This document shows positions 9,909-18,550 of a stretch of 64,000 bases of DNA, in pieces. This DNA is from Myxococcales bacterium. GTDB lineage: Bacteria > Myxococcota_A > UBA9042. The notes beneath the pieces are model-generated. The model was not told the DNA's origin and ran no database searches. It worked only from the letters and a program-made list of their open reading frames with translations. The stretch lies in the NCBI GenBank assembly GCA_037441385.1, contig JBBISH010000017.1:8267-72266 (forward strand), read 5' to 3'. Within the stretch, counting starts at the first letter, position 1. The number at the start of each line of letters is the position of its first letter. Both the position numbers and the translations under genes were made by a program.

Positions 9909-10358
9909 CTAGAGCGCGTCCGTAGGTTTGACGGGCGCTTGCCCAGGCTCGTCGGCCTTGATCGGATACTGCGTGATCATCCACCAGTTGCGATCGCGGT
10001 AGCGCCATTCTTGCGCAAGCATCTCTTGGTGGGTCACGGGGTCCGAGGGTCGGCTCCACACCGCCAGCACGATCACGCGCGCTTTCTCGGTCCCGACCAC
10101 GTGCTCCACGGCCCGGATGTCGTATTCGTGAATCGTGACCATGGATTGCGCGATGCGGCGCTGGCGAATCCAGGCGGCACGCAGGTTGTCGGGAATGTGC
10201 GCCCCCGCCTTCTCGACAAAGCCCCAGCGCATCGACCGCGTGTAGTCCTCGACGGCCTCTTTGAGCGCCATGGCCGGCGTCTGCACGCCCGAACACGCGG
10301 CCACCAGCGCCACGAGCGCCGGCAGGGCCCAGTTCACCATGCGCAGCTTGGGGGTCAT
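9909..10358 (-). CDS. Hypothetical lipoprotein
   Basis: Lipobox LVAAC; start coupled to the grxC stop; YTRSMRWG...QEWRY pattern. Confidence 0.7.
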   Translation of the reverse strand: MTPKLRMVNWALPALVALVAACSGVQTPAMALKEAVEDYTRSMRWGFVEKAGAHIPDNLRAAWIRQRRIAQSMVTIHEYDIRAVEHVVGTEKARVIVLAVWSRPSDPVTHQEMLAQEWRYRDRNWWMITQYPIKADEPGQAPVKPTDAL

Positions 10359-10618
10359 CACGGCGTTCCGACCAACTGCGCCAGCGTCCCGGCGGTGTCG
10401 AGTTGCTTGAGGTCGGTGTAGCCGCCGACAAAGGTATCGCCCACGACGATCATCGGCACGGTGCGCCAACCATACTGCTCCTTGAGCTCGGCCATGCGGC
10501 TGGGGTCGCGATCCAGAAAGATCTCTTCAAAATCGTAGCCGCGCTGCGCGAGCAGCTGCTTGGCGGCCACGCAATATGGACACGACTCGGTGCGGTAGAC
10601 GATGATGTGCGCGGACAT
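10358..10618 (-). CDS. grxC: Glutaredoxin 3-like
   Basis: CPYC active site, RTVPMI, FVGGYTDL; 86 aa from ATG 10618. Confidence 0.9.
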   Translation of the reverse strand: MSAHIIVYRTESCPYCVAAKQLLAQRGYDFEEIFLDRDPSRMAELKEQYGWRTVPMIVVGDTFVGGYTDLKQLDTAGTLAQLVGTP

Positions 10619-10690
10619 ACTCACCCTGCTGCCATTCCAGACGGCGGCGATGCTAGGATAGCCGGGCTGGACCATTCCAGCCAGTGTCCT

Positions 10691-11131
10691 ATGCGCAACC
10701 TCCCTGCCCTTGCCTTGGACGTAGGCCGCGCCCGAATCGGTGTGGCCGCCACGGATCTTTCCGCCGAAGTGGCCACGGCCGTGTGCGTGCTGCAGCGCAA
10801 GGGCACGCGGGCCGACATCGCGGCGCTTTTGCCGATTGCCCAGCAACGCCGCGCCCAGGTCATCGTGGTCGGCTTGCCTTTTGGCTGCGAGGGCGACGAC
10901 GATAGTCAGCGACTTTGCAGGGGTTTTGCTGCTGCGCTGGCCGCCGCGCAACCCAGACCGGTCTGGCTGGTCGACGAGGCCGACACCACCGCCCAAGCCG
11001 ACGCCGAGCTGCGCCTGTTGGGTGGTAAGGCTGCACGCCGCCGCCGCGACATCGATATGCACGCCGCCAAGCAGATCCTGGACCGTTGGCTGGCGGGGAT
11101 GCCGGCCGAGCCCGTGGTCCCGACCACGTAG
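10691..11131 (+). CDS. ruvX: RuvX/YqgF family nuclease
   Basis: LALDVGRARIGVA, IVVGLP, LVDE..TT, IDMHAAKQILDRWL. Confidence 0.9.
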   Translation: MRNLPALALDVGRARIGVAATDLSAEVATAVCVLQRKGTRADIAALLPIAQQRRAQVIVVGLPFGCEGDDDSQRLCRGFAAALAAAQPRPVWLVDEADTTAQADAELRLLGGKAARRRRDIDMHAAKQILDRWLAGMPAEPVVPTT

Positions 11132-11198
11132 TTTTGCAGGGTAGCGCCGCCGCCAGCCAGCGAGTATGCTCGGTACGACGCCAACGGGAGGCCGCGCC

Positions 11199-12026
11199 AT
11201 GTCGATTCACGCCGGCAAACTCGCCAAAAATCGCTTGAAAATGCTCGGGATGCTCGACAAGCACGAGCCGAGTTCGTCGCGATCCGGGGCGTTTGACTAC
11301 GGCCAGGGCAAGCTGCTGGTCAGCCCGGCGTCGCTGCGGCCGCGTGCCGTGGACCCGGCCCAGCGCTTGATCCGCTGGGTGCAGGCCGCGCTCATCACGC
11401 TTCTGGGGATCAAATTGCCGCTCGACGGCGTGATGTCGACCAACTTGCGCGCGGCGCTGCTGGCGTTTCAGAAGAAGGCGGGGCTGTCGCCATCGGGTGC
11501 CGTCGACAGCGAAACCCTGAAGTTGTTACAGGACATGGTGGGTCTGCCGGCCCCGGCTGGGACCGAGACCGCCCCGCCGCCGTGGGCCGACGCGCCGCGC
11601 AAGGCCGCCGAGCCGCCGGTGAAGCCCAAGCCCAAGCACGATGGCGAGGCCGGTAAGCCTGCGCCGGAAGCGGCCGCGGACCACCCAGACTCCGCGCAGC
11701 GCCTGCAAATGCTGGTGCTCGAACGGTTTCTGCAGCGCGAGGCACTGCAGGCGGTGATGGCGCAGGCCTTCGAGCGGTCTTGGATTCGCGATGAATTGCA
11801 GCGCACTGGCCGCCATGGCGACGCGGCCCTCCTTGCCGAAGTGCTGGCATGGTGGGAGCAGGCCCAGTCGCCCGATCGCGAAGCGCCGCCGCACTGGATG
11901 GCCGAAGTGGCGAATTTGGCACGGCAAAAGCCCACGGAAGCCATCGAAGTAGCGCGCCGGGCTTGGCGCGAGCATGGCGCGGCACCGGCGGAGCGCGCCG
12001 CCAAAAAGGGAGGCGAATCGGCATGA
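11199..12026 (+). CDS. Peptidoglycan-binding domain protein
   Basis: WVQAAL...LPLDGVM...RAALLAFQKKAGLSPSGAVDSETLKLL (PG_binding_1 pattern); GGAGG RBS before ATG 11199. Confidence 0.75.
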   Translation: MSIHAGKLAKNRLKMLGMLDKHEPSSSRSGAFDYGQGKLLVSPASLRPRAVDPAQRLIRWVQAALITLLGIKLPLDGVMSTNLRAALLAFQKKAGLSPSGAVDSETLKLLQDMVGLPAPAGTETAPPPWADAPRKAAEPPVKPKPKHDGEAGKPAPEAAADHPDSAQRLQMLVLERFLQREALQAVMAQAFERSWIRDELQRTGRHGDAALLAEVLAWWEQAQSPDREAPPHWMAEVANLARQKPTEAIEVARRAWREHGAAPAERAAKKGGESA

Positions 12027-12718
12027 AGGGCATGCTCTGGGCCATGACATTGGGCGTTGCGGCACTCCTGAGCCTTGCGGCACAGGGCTGCAGCCGCCCC
12101 ACCGCGACGCCCGTGGAACCGGTGACCGAAGCAGATTCCGTCGCCACAGCCAAGGCCGACACCACCACCACCCACAGCGGCGACAGCGCCACCGGCGCGG
12201 ACACCAAGATCGTAGGCGCCACGGCCGGCGGCGGACTTTGGGTCGTCGACGCAGAGGGGCAAGCAGTGGGCGTCTTGGTGCAGCGCGGTCACGCCAGCCT
12301 GTCGGGCAGTGGCACTGGCGGCAGCGCGTCGGTCGACATCTTGCGCGATGGCGCGTTGGTCTACTCGCCGCAAACCGGTCTGTTCTTTGGCGTGCAACTC
12401 TCCAGCGGCAAGGTCCTTAATCCGCGGTTGGGCGTGGCCGACACCAACTGTTCGGCGCCGGTCGTCGCCGGCTACTACACCGAGGGCGACGCGATCAGCG
12501 GCCCGCCCTACGCTTTTGTCTACAACGGCAGCTGGTACCGCATCGAGGCCTATCAACCGCTGCAACTGGTCACCTGCGGTGGCACCGTGGCCGATGGCAT
12601 CGACGGCAAATGCGCCCAACACACGGGCACTTGCCGCGGCTTCCCCGTCAAGTCCATCAAGCCTGGCTTGCCTCTGCAGTTCGCCGCCCCGATGCAGATC
12701 AGCTGGGTCACCAAATGA
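12023..12718 (+). CDS. Hypothetical lipoprotein
   Basis: ATGA overlap; signal ending AAQGC; Thr-rich linker; VVDAEGQAVG; 4 Cys in the mature part. Confidence 0.7.
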   Translation: MKGMLWAMTLGVAALLSLAAQGCSRPTATPVEPVTEADSVATAKADTTTTHSGDSATGADTKIVGATAGGGLWVVDAEGQAVGVLVQRGHASLSGSGTGGSASVDILRDGALVYSPQTGLFFGVQLSSGKVLNPRLGVADTNCSAPVVAGYYTEGDAISGPPYAFVYNGSWYRIEAYQPLQLVTCGGTVADGIDGKCAQHTGTCRGFPVKSIKPGLPLQFAAPMQISWVTK

Positions 12719-13458
12719 CACGGGATCGGTCTGAATCCGCTCAAAAAACTTCAACGATTCTTCCGGCCCGAACCGGGGTGGGTATGAGGCAGACGCCCGC
12801 GAAAGCGGTCTTGGACAGCGGCGAGTTCGGCCGCGCGGCCGCGCGCTGGTCGTCGGATTCCGGCCACCTCGCCGGTCGCCTTGGGGTCGCTCTGGCGGTC
12901 TTTGCCGCGGTCGTGGGTACCTCGGGGTGCGCCAAAGGCTGCAGCGCGCCGCCGGCCGCGACCCTGACCCCGGACACGGCCCCGCGCGCGATGGGCAGTC
13001 CGGGCGACATCGAAAGCCAATTGAAGATCCAGTTGCTCGAGCGCAAAGCTGGACGCGATCTGCTCGCAGGCTGGCACATGCTGCCGTGGCGGCGGCTGCG
13101 CAACTGGCGCCCGGACGAGCACTTGGTCGTGCGCGTGGGCGCCCAGGGGCTCAGCGCGGGCGCGGCCAACCTAGAGGCCGGGCAGGCTGCTGATCCTGAC
13201 AAACTGGCGGCGTTCTTCTCGGCCCTGTGCAGGCCGCAGCCGAGTGGCAACCTCGATCGCGAAGAGCTGGTCCTGGCGCTGGACGCCCAGGCGTCGCCCG
13301 AAGTGGTGGCGGCGGTGCGGGTGACGGTGCTGGACGTGGCGCCCTGGCGAGTCGTTCTGCTGGCCCGCGATGGCGAGCAACTGGTCGAGGTTCAGCTCAA
13401 CCCGCCGCGTGCGAGTGCTCGGCCACCCCAGGTGGCAACGCCGACGACCGCCCCATAG
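12715..13458 (+). CDS. Hypothetical membrane/lipoprotein (start 12715 or 12784)
   Basis: ATGA overlap at 12715; hydrophobic segment ending GTSGC. Confidence 0.55.
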   Translation: MTRDRSESAQKTSTILPARTGVGMRQTPAKAVLDSGEFGRAAARWSSDSGHLAGRLGVALAVFAAVVGTSGCAKGCSAPPAATLTPDTAPRAMGSPGDIESQLKIQLLERKAGRDLLAGWHMLPWRRLRNWRPDEHLVVRVGAQGLSAGAANLEAGQAADPDKLAAFFSALCRPQPSGNLDREELVLALDAQASPEVVAAVRVTVLDVAPWRVVLLARDGEQLVEVQLNPPRASARPPQVATPTTAP

Positions 13459-13526
13459 GTGACCAATCCGGCCCGCGGCGCGGAGCCGCCGTCGTGGCGT
13501 GGTCGCGGTAGTGAAGGGAGGCTGGG

Positions 13527-14225
13527 CTATTTCTTTTCGTCGACGCGCGTGAACATGTCGGGCTGGCCGTCGCCGTTGGAGTCGCGGCCGATCTTTTGCA
13601 GCTTGCCCTTGACGTAGTATTCCCACGAGTCGACCACGCCGTCGCCGTTCTCGTCGCGGCGGCGCTCGTTGAGGCGGTTGACGTCCTTGCCGTCCTCGTT
13701 CTTGGTCATCTGATAGAACATCCACGTGTCGATGCGCCCATCAAAGCCAAGGTCCAACTGCATCTCGACCAGGTTGCCGTTGTCGTACTTGCGCACTTCG
13801 TCGACCCGGCCGTCAAAGTCGAGATCGAACTCTTCGCGCTCTTTGATCTCTTTGCCCGGCTCGCCTTTGTAGTACTCGACGATGTCGATTCGCTGATCGA
13901 AATTGACATCGATTTCTTTGCGAACCAGCGCTTTGCGCTGCAGGCGGCCGCCCTTGCCGTCGCCGGCCGGGTCGTCGACCAGGGCGTAGTGCTTGAACAC
14001 GTCGGGCTTGCGGTCGTTGTTGACGTCGATGCGCTCGATGACGGCCGACGTCGACCGCTGTTCCTGGATCGGATCGGCGCTCGCATTCTCGGCCCCGGGT
14101 GCACCTGCCGCGCCCTCTTGCTTGGTCTGGTCCTTCTGGCCACCGCAAGCCGACAGCGCCGCCGCCACCGCGAGAGCACCCGCCATGCCTGCACAAGACC
14201 TAAGGATTTGCGGCATTACCAACAT
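13527..14225 (-). CDS. Lipoprotein with multiple D-x-[N/D]-x-D-G-x-x-D repeats (possible Ca2+-binding)
   Basis: Lipobox LSAC; DVNNDRKPD, DVNFDQRID, DLDFDGRVD, DLGFDGRID, DENGDGVVD, DSNGDGQPD. Confidence 0.85.
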   Translation of the reverse strand: MLVMPQILRSCAGMAGALAVAAALSACGGQKDQTKQEGAAGAPGAENASADPIQEQRSTSAVIERIDVNNDRKPDVFKHYALVDDPAGDGKGGRLQRKALVRKEIDVNFDQRIDIVEYYKGEPGKEIKEREEFDLDFDGRVDEVRKYDNGNLVEMQLDLGFDGRIDTWMFYQMTKNEDGKDVNRLNERRRDENGDGVVDSWEYYVKGKLQKIGRDSNGDGQPDMFTRVDEKK

Positions 14226-14635
14226 GACGACCTCGCACCCCGCGCTGGGCTCACCGCTGCGCCCAACACGGCGCGCAAACGGACAACGCTCCATTGTCGC
14301 CGTCGATGGCCAACAGGTCAAGCGAACCAGGCGGATTCGGAGCGGCGGCCCCCGCGCAACTCGGCGCGGCGGCGCAGATCGTTGCCGGTCGCGACCTAGC
14401 AGAGGCCCCTGCTATCGCGGCTCTGGGCGCAACCTGCTCGCGGCGGGCGCAGATTCGAGAAGAATCGTATGGGCAGGCACGCACTGGCGATTTGGCGGAT
14501 CGCCGCGGCAATCGGGAATCGCAGCCGCCCGTGCCGGGTTGAACGCGAGCTGGATTGGCTGGCGCAGCACACTTGGGGTACACTTTCAGGCTGGCCCGGC
14601 AACCAGCCGGCCCCAAGACACGCGACAGGCGGGAT

Positions 14636-15646
14636 ATGAACTTGCAGGGATTGAGCTTTGTAGTAGACGCCGGGCGCGGTTGGCGCGGTCGCAGCGGTCG
14701 GCTGGTCGCCATGGCGGTGCTCGGCGCGGTCTGCGTGACCACCGCACCCGGCTGCAAGAAGAAGAACGACGCGGTCGAAGCGGTGGACCCCGCTGCCAAA
14801 AAGGCCCCCGTGGTTGGGCGCAAGTCCCGCGAGGCCGCCAAAGCTGTGGACGCACCCGCGCCGGCGACGGCAGCTGTGGCGCCAGGGCGGCGACCTGCTC
14901 CGCCCGCGGTCGGTGCGTCGCCGCCGCCAGCCGCGGCCCCGGTCGCTCCTGCCGCTGCGCCCACCGCTGCGGCCGCCCCCGAAGCAGCCGTTCCCGCGGT
15001 TGCACCCTCGCCTGGTCGCAGCGCTGCCCCCGAGCTGGCTGGCCTGCCGCCCGGCATGCCCCCAACGGCAGTGCCTCCAACGGAATCTGAGCGCGCCCGC
15101 GTCCCAGGTCGGCTGGTCGCCGCCCCAACCGTTGCTCCGGACGCTCCGCCCGAGGCCCCCCGCTTGGGTGGCGAAGCCGCCGCTCCGCCCGCGCGGCCGC
15201 TGCCGCCCCCGGCTGCCAATTCCGGTGAGCCCGCGCTGGACGTGACCGGCTACTTGTCGCTGGGCGACCTGGAGCGGGTACTGGGGGCCAAGGCGGCACT
15301 GCGCCGCGCCGACCTGCTGGGTACTGCGCCGTCGCCGGGTTACAACTACTTGTATTTCAATAAGGGCAAAGGCGACGACTTTGGTGTGGCCGTCCAGGTG
15401 TGGCGCGACTCCAACCCGGCCGAGAGTCGCACGCGGTTTGCGACGATGAAGAACACCTACAGCAACGTCGCACCGACCAACAAGGTCGCCGACCAGGGCT
15501 TCCGCGCCTTCTTTGGCGGCGTGGTCACGCTGGTCTTTGCCGATCCGCGCCGGCCCATGGTCGCGGCGGTGAGCTGCTCGACCAAGACCTGCACGGCGGA
15601 CCAGATGCTCGAGTTGTCGCGCCGGGTGGCCGAGCGCCTGCACTAG
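14636..15646 (+). CDS. Pro/Ala-rich hypothetical lipoprotein
   Basis: Signal ending APGCKKK; long Pro/Ala linker; globular C-terminal domain with strong GC3 bias. Confidence 0.75.
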   Translation: MNLQGLSFVVDAGRGWRGRSGRLVAMAVLGAVCVTTAPGCKKKNDAVEAVDPAAKKAPVVGRKSREAAKAVDAPAPATAAVAPGRRPAPPAVGASPPPAAAPVAPAAAPTAAAAPEAAVPAVAPSPGRSAAPELAGLPPGMPPTAVPPTESERARVPGRLVAAPTVAPDAPPEAPRLGGEAAAPPARPLPPPAANSGEPALDVTGYLSLGDLERVLGAKAALRRADLLGTAPSPGYNYLYFNKGKGDDFGVAVQVWRDSNPAESRTRFATMKNTYSNVAPTNKVADQGFRAFFGGVVTLVFADPRRPMVAAVSCSTKTCTADQMLELSRRVAERLH

Positions 15647-15830
15647 GTAGAAAATGCCAAGGGGGCGCGCCGCCCCCTGCGACCCCCGCGCACGGCCGCA
15701 TCCACGGCCGCGTAGTTCAACATGTTGAGTTTCATGGATACCGGGTGCCGAAGGCATGTTGAACTAGGTAGAAAGTGCCAAAGGGGGCGCGTCGCGCACT
15801 CTGGGCCCTGCTCCGTGCGACCCCTTCGCG
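15643..15830. repeat. Composite intergenic repeat: two GC-rich modules flanking a 54-bp element with 12-bp inverted ends
   Basis: Direct repeat CTAGGTAGAAA(A/G)TGCC(A)AAGGGGGCGCG at 15643 and 15764; perfect IR TAGTTCAACATG (15713-15724) / CATGTTGAACTA (15755-15766); 28-mer 15659-15686 identical to 59784-59811. Confidence 0.85.
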
Positions 15831-15887
15831 CGGCTGGCGACAAGCCCGTTGAAAGTCTGCTAGCCTCGCCTGCACCGCGGAGGTGCC

Positions 15888-18506
15888 ATGCCTGCCCCCT
15901 TGCATAGGTTGGTCGCTTGCGTCTGGCTGTGGGCCGTGGCCGCCGCGATCCTGGGCACCCCCGCGGACCTGGCCGCGGACACCGCGCTGCAACCGCCCGA
16001 ACTCGTGCAAGCCGCCGAGCCCGAGTACCCGCCCGCCCTGGCTGCGCGCGGACTGGCTGGCGCGGTGGTGGTGGAGCTGACGGTCGACAGCGAGGGGCTG
16101 CCGCGCGAGGTGGCCGTGGCCGAGAGCGCCGGCCCCGAATTCGACGCTGCCGCCCTGCAGGCTGCCAGCAAGCTGCGCTTCAAGCCGGCGACCAAGGATG
16201 GAAAGCCCGTTCCGGTGCGCATCCGCTACCGCTTTGCCTTCCGACCCGACACAGGCGACACCCGCCGCGGCCGCGCCACCTCAGAGGGCCGCTACGACCG
16301 CCGCGACGTCGAGCCCACCGCAGGCGGTTGGTACAGCATCGTTGGGCAAGTGCGCGAACGTGGTACCGGGCGGCCCGTGGTGGGTGCCCAAATCCTGTTG
16401 GACGACGGGCCGGGCGACGCCGTCAGCGATACGGGGGGCGAATTCCGCTTTGGGGCCCTGCGGCCGGGCGCTCACACGCTGACCTTGGCCGAGGGCGAGC
16501 ACCGCAGCACCCGCCAGACGGTGCAGGTTGTCGCCGGCAAGACCGCCAAGGTGGAATTGCGGGCCGAACGCCTGCGCTACAACCTGTACCGTGCCACGGC
16601 TGCGGCGCCCGAGCGCCCTGGTGAAGCGGTGCGCCGCGAGCTGAGTGTCGAGGAAATTCAGCGTGTTCCCGGCGTATACGGCGACACCCTGAAGGTCGTG
16701 CAGAACTTGCCGGGCGTCGCGCGCCCCAGTCCATTTGGCGGCGAAGTGGTGGTGCGCGGTTCCGCGCCGGCCGACACCCTGGCCGCGATCGAAGGCATCC
16801 CGATCCCGATCGCCTACCACTTTGGCGGCATCTACTCGGTGGTCAACACAGACGTTTTGGAGGGCATCGACTTCCTGCCCGGCGGGTACTCGGTGCAATG
16901 GGGCCGGCGAACCGGAGGCATCGTCAACGCCCGTTTGCGCCAGCCATCGGCTCAGGACGGCTGGGCCGGCTACGTGGAAGCCAATGTATTCCATGCGGGA
17001 TTCTTTCTCCGTGGCAGTCTGGGCGAAAACACGCGCTTTACCGTGGCCGGGCGGCGCTCGTACATCGACGCGGTGCTGGCAGCGGCGATTCCTGAGGACG
17101 TTCTAGGCTTTACTACGGCTCCGCGCTACTACGATTGGCAGGTCAAGCTGGACCACTGGTTCGGCCCGCGCACCACGTTTACGTCGTTCTTGTACAGCTC
17201 GGACGACCAGTTGGCCATCGTCTCCAAAGCACCGTCTGGCTCCGAGGTTCGGACTGTGGGCCAGATCAAGTTCGGTACGTCGTTTTACGGCCTGACCAAC
17301 ATCTTGCGCCACGACGGCGGCTGGTGGACCAGCAAGACCACGCTAGGCCTGGTCTACGGCAAGATCGGCGCGGCGGTGGGCTCGCTGCTGCACTTTGACG
17401 CGACCACGATGGCCACCGGCCTGCGCCAGGACTTTACCTGGGGGACTGGGCCGATCCAGGTTCGCGCGGGAATCGACACGCTTCATACGCCGATGTGGGC
17501 CGACGTGTACGCGCCGTCGGGCCAAGTGGCGCAAGAGGGCCCGGGCGGCCAGAGCCAGCGGCCTACGTCGTTCTTCAGCTACCACGGCCAGTTCACGTTC
17601 TACAGCCCCGGCGCGTGGTGGGACGTGGTGCTCAAGCTGCGCCCCGACCTGGAGATCGTGCCCGGCCTGCGCTTTGACGCCTACCGCGGGGTCGACAGCG
17701 ACACCACCTTGTTGCCGCGCCTGCTCGCCAAATGGTCGGTGGATCCCAAACTGTCGCTCAAATTCGCAGTCGGCACCTACTCGCAACGGCCGCAGGCGCA
17801 GGAGGTATTGAGCTTTGGCGGTCTGGGGAACCCCAACCTGCTGTCGCAGCGTGGGTTCGACGTGTCGGTCGGCGCGGTGTGGCAGCCGCGGCCGGCAGAA
17901 ACCGTAGACCTCACGCTGTTCTACAAGTCGCTGTGGAACGTGGTGGTGCAGACGCCCGGCCTTTTCCCCAACCCGCCCTACCTCAACGACGGTCGCGGCC
18001 GGGTGTTTGGCTTGGAGCTGCTGGCGCGGCACAAGCTGTCGGCCAACTGGTTCGGCTGGGTGGCGTACACGCTGCTGAAGGCGGATCGCCAGGACGCGCC
18101 CGGTGGCGACTGGCGGCCCTTTGACTACGATCAGCGGCACATCCTGACGGCGGTGGCGAGCTATCAACTGCCGAATCACTGGGAGGTGAGCAGCCGCTTC
18201 CGCCTGGTCACAGGCAATCCCACCACGCCGATCGTCACCGCGGCCTACGACGCGAGCCAAGACGGCTACACGTCGGTCAACGGCGCCTACAACAGCGGCC
18301 GCCTGCCCGCGTTCCACCAACTGGATGTCCGCGTTGACAAGCGCTGGGTGTTCAATCGCTGGATGCTCAACCTGTACCTGGACGTGCAGAACGTCTACAA
18401 CCACCGCAACGCGGAAGGCACGGCCTACTCGTACGATTACTCGGCTAGCGCCTTGCAGGGCGGGTTGCCGATCATCCCGTCGCTGGGTATTCGCGGCGAA
18501 TTCTAG
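15888..18506 (+). CDS. TonB-dependent receptor with N-terminal TonB C-terminal domain and carboxypeptidase-regulatory-like domain
   Basis: PEYPPALAARGLAGAVVVELTVD...AALQA..LRFKPA; VGQVRERGTGRPV; plug (VQNLPGV, VVRG, IDFLPGGY...GGIV); barrel ending LGIRGEF. Confidence 0.92.
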   Translation: MPAPLHRLVACVWLWAVAAAILGTPADLAADTALQPPELVQAAEPEYPPALAARGLAGAVVVELTVDSEGLPREVAVAESAGPEFDAAALQAASKLRFKPATKDGKPVPVRIRYRFAFRPDTGDTRRGRATSEGRYDRRDVEPTAGGWYSIVGQVRERGTGRPVVGAQILLDDGPGDAVSDTGGEFRFGALRPGAHTLTLAEGEHRSTRQTVQVVAGKTAKVELRAERLRYNLYRATAAAPERPGEAVRRELSVEEIQRVPGVYGDTLKVVQNLPGVARPSPFGGEVVVRGSAPADTLAAIEGIPIPIAYHFGGIYSVVNTDVLEGIDFLPGGYSVQWGRRTGGIVNARLRQPSAQDGWAGYVEANVFHAGFFLRGSLGENTRFTVAGRRSYIDAVLAAAIPEDVLGFTTAPRYYDWQVKLDHWFGPRTTFTSFLYSSDDQLAIVSKAPSGSEVRTVGQIKFGTSFYGLTNILRHDGGWWTSKTTLGLVYGKIGAAVGSLLHFDATTMATGLRQDFTWGTGPIQVRAGIDTLHTPMWADVYAPSGQVAQEGPGGQSQRPTSFFSYHGQFTFYSPGAWWDVVLKLRPDLEIVPGLRFDAYRGVDSDTTLLPRLLAKWSVDPKLSLKFAVGTYSQRPQAQEVLSFGGLGNPNLLSQRGFDVSVGAVWQPRPAETVDLTLFYKSLWNVVVQTPGLFPNPPYLNDGRGRVFGLELLARHKLSANWFGWVAYTLLKADRQDAPGGDWRPFDYDQRHILTAVASYQLPNHWEVSSRFRLVTGNPTTPIVTAAYDASQDGYTSVNGAYNSGRLPAFHQLDVRVDKRWVFNRWMLNLYLDVQNVYNHRNAEGTAYSYDYSASALQGGLPIIPSLGIRGEF

Positions 18507-18550
18507 CCGGCACGGCTGGGGCTTGCCGAGCGTGGTCGCGCGCTGGGCCG

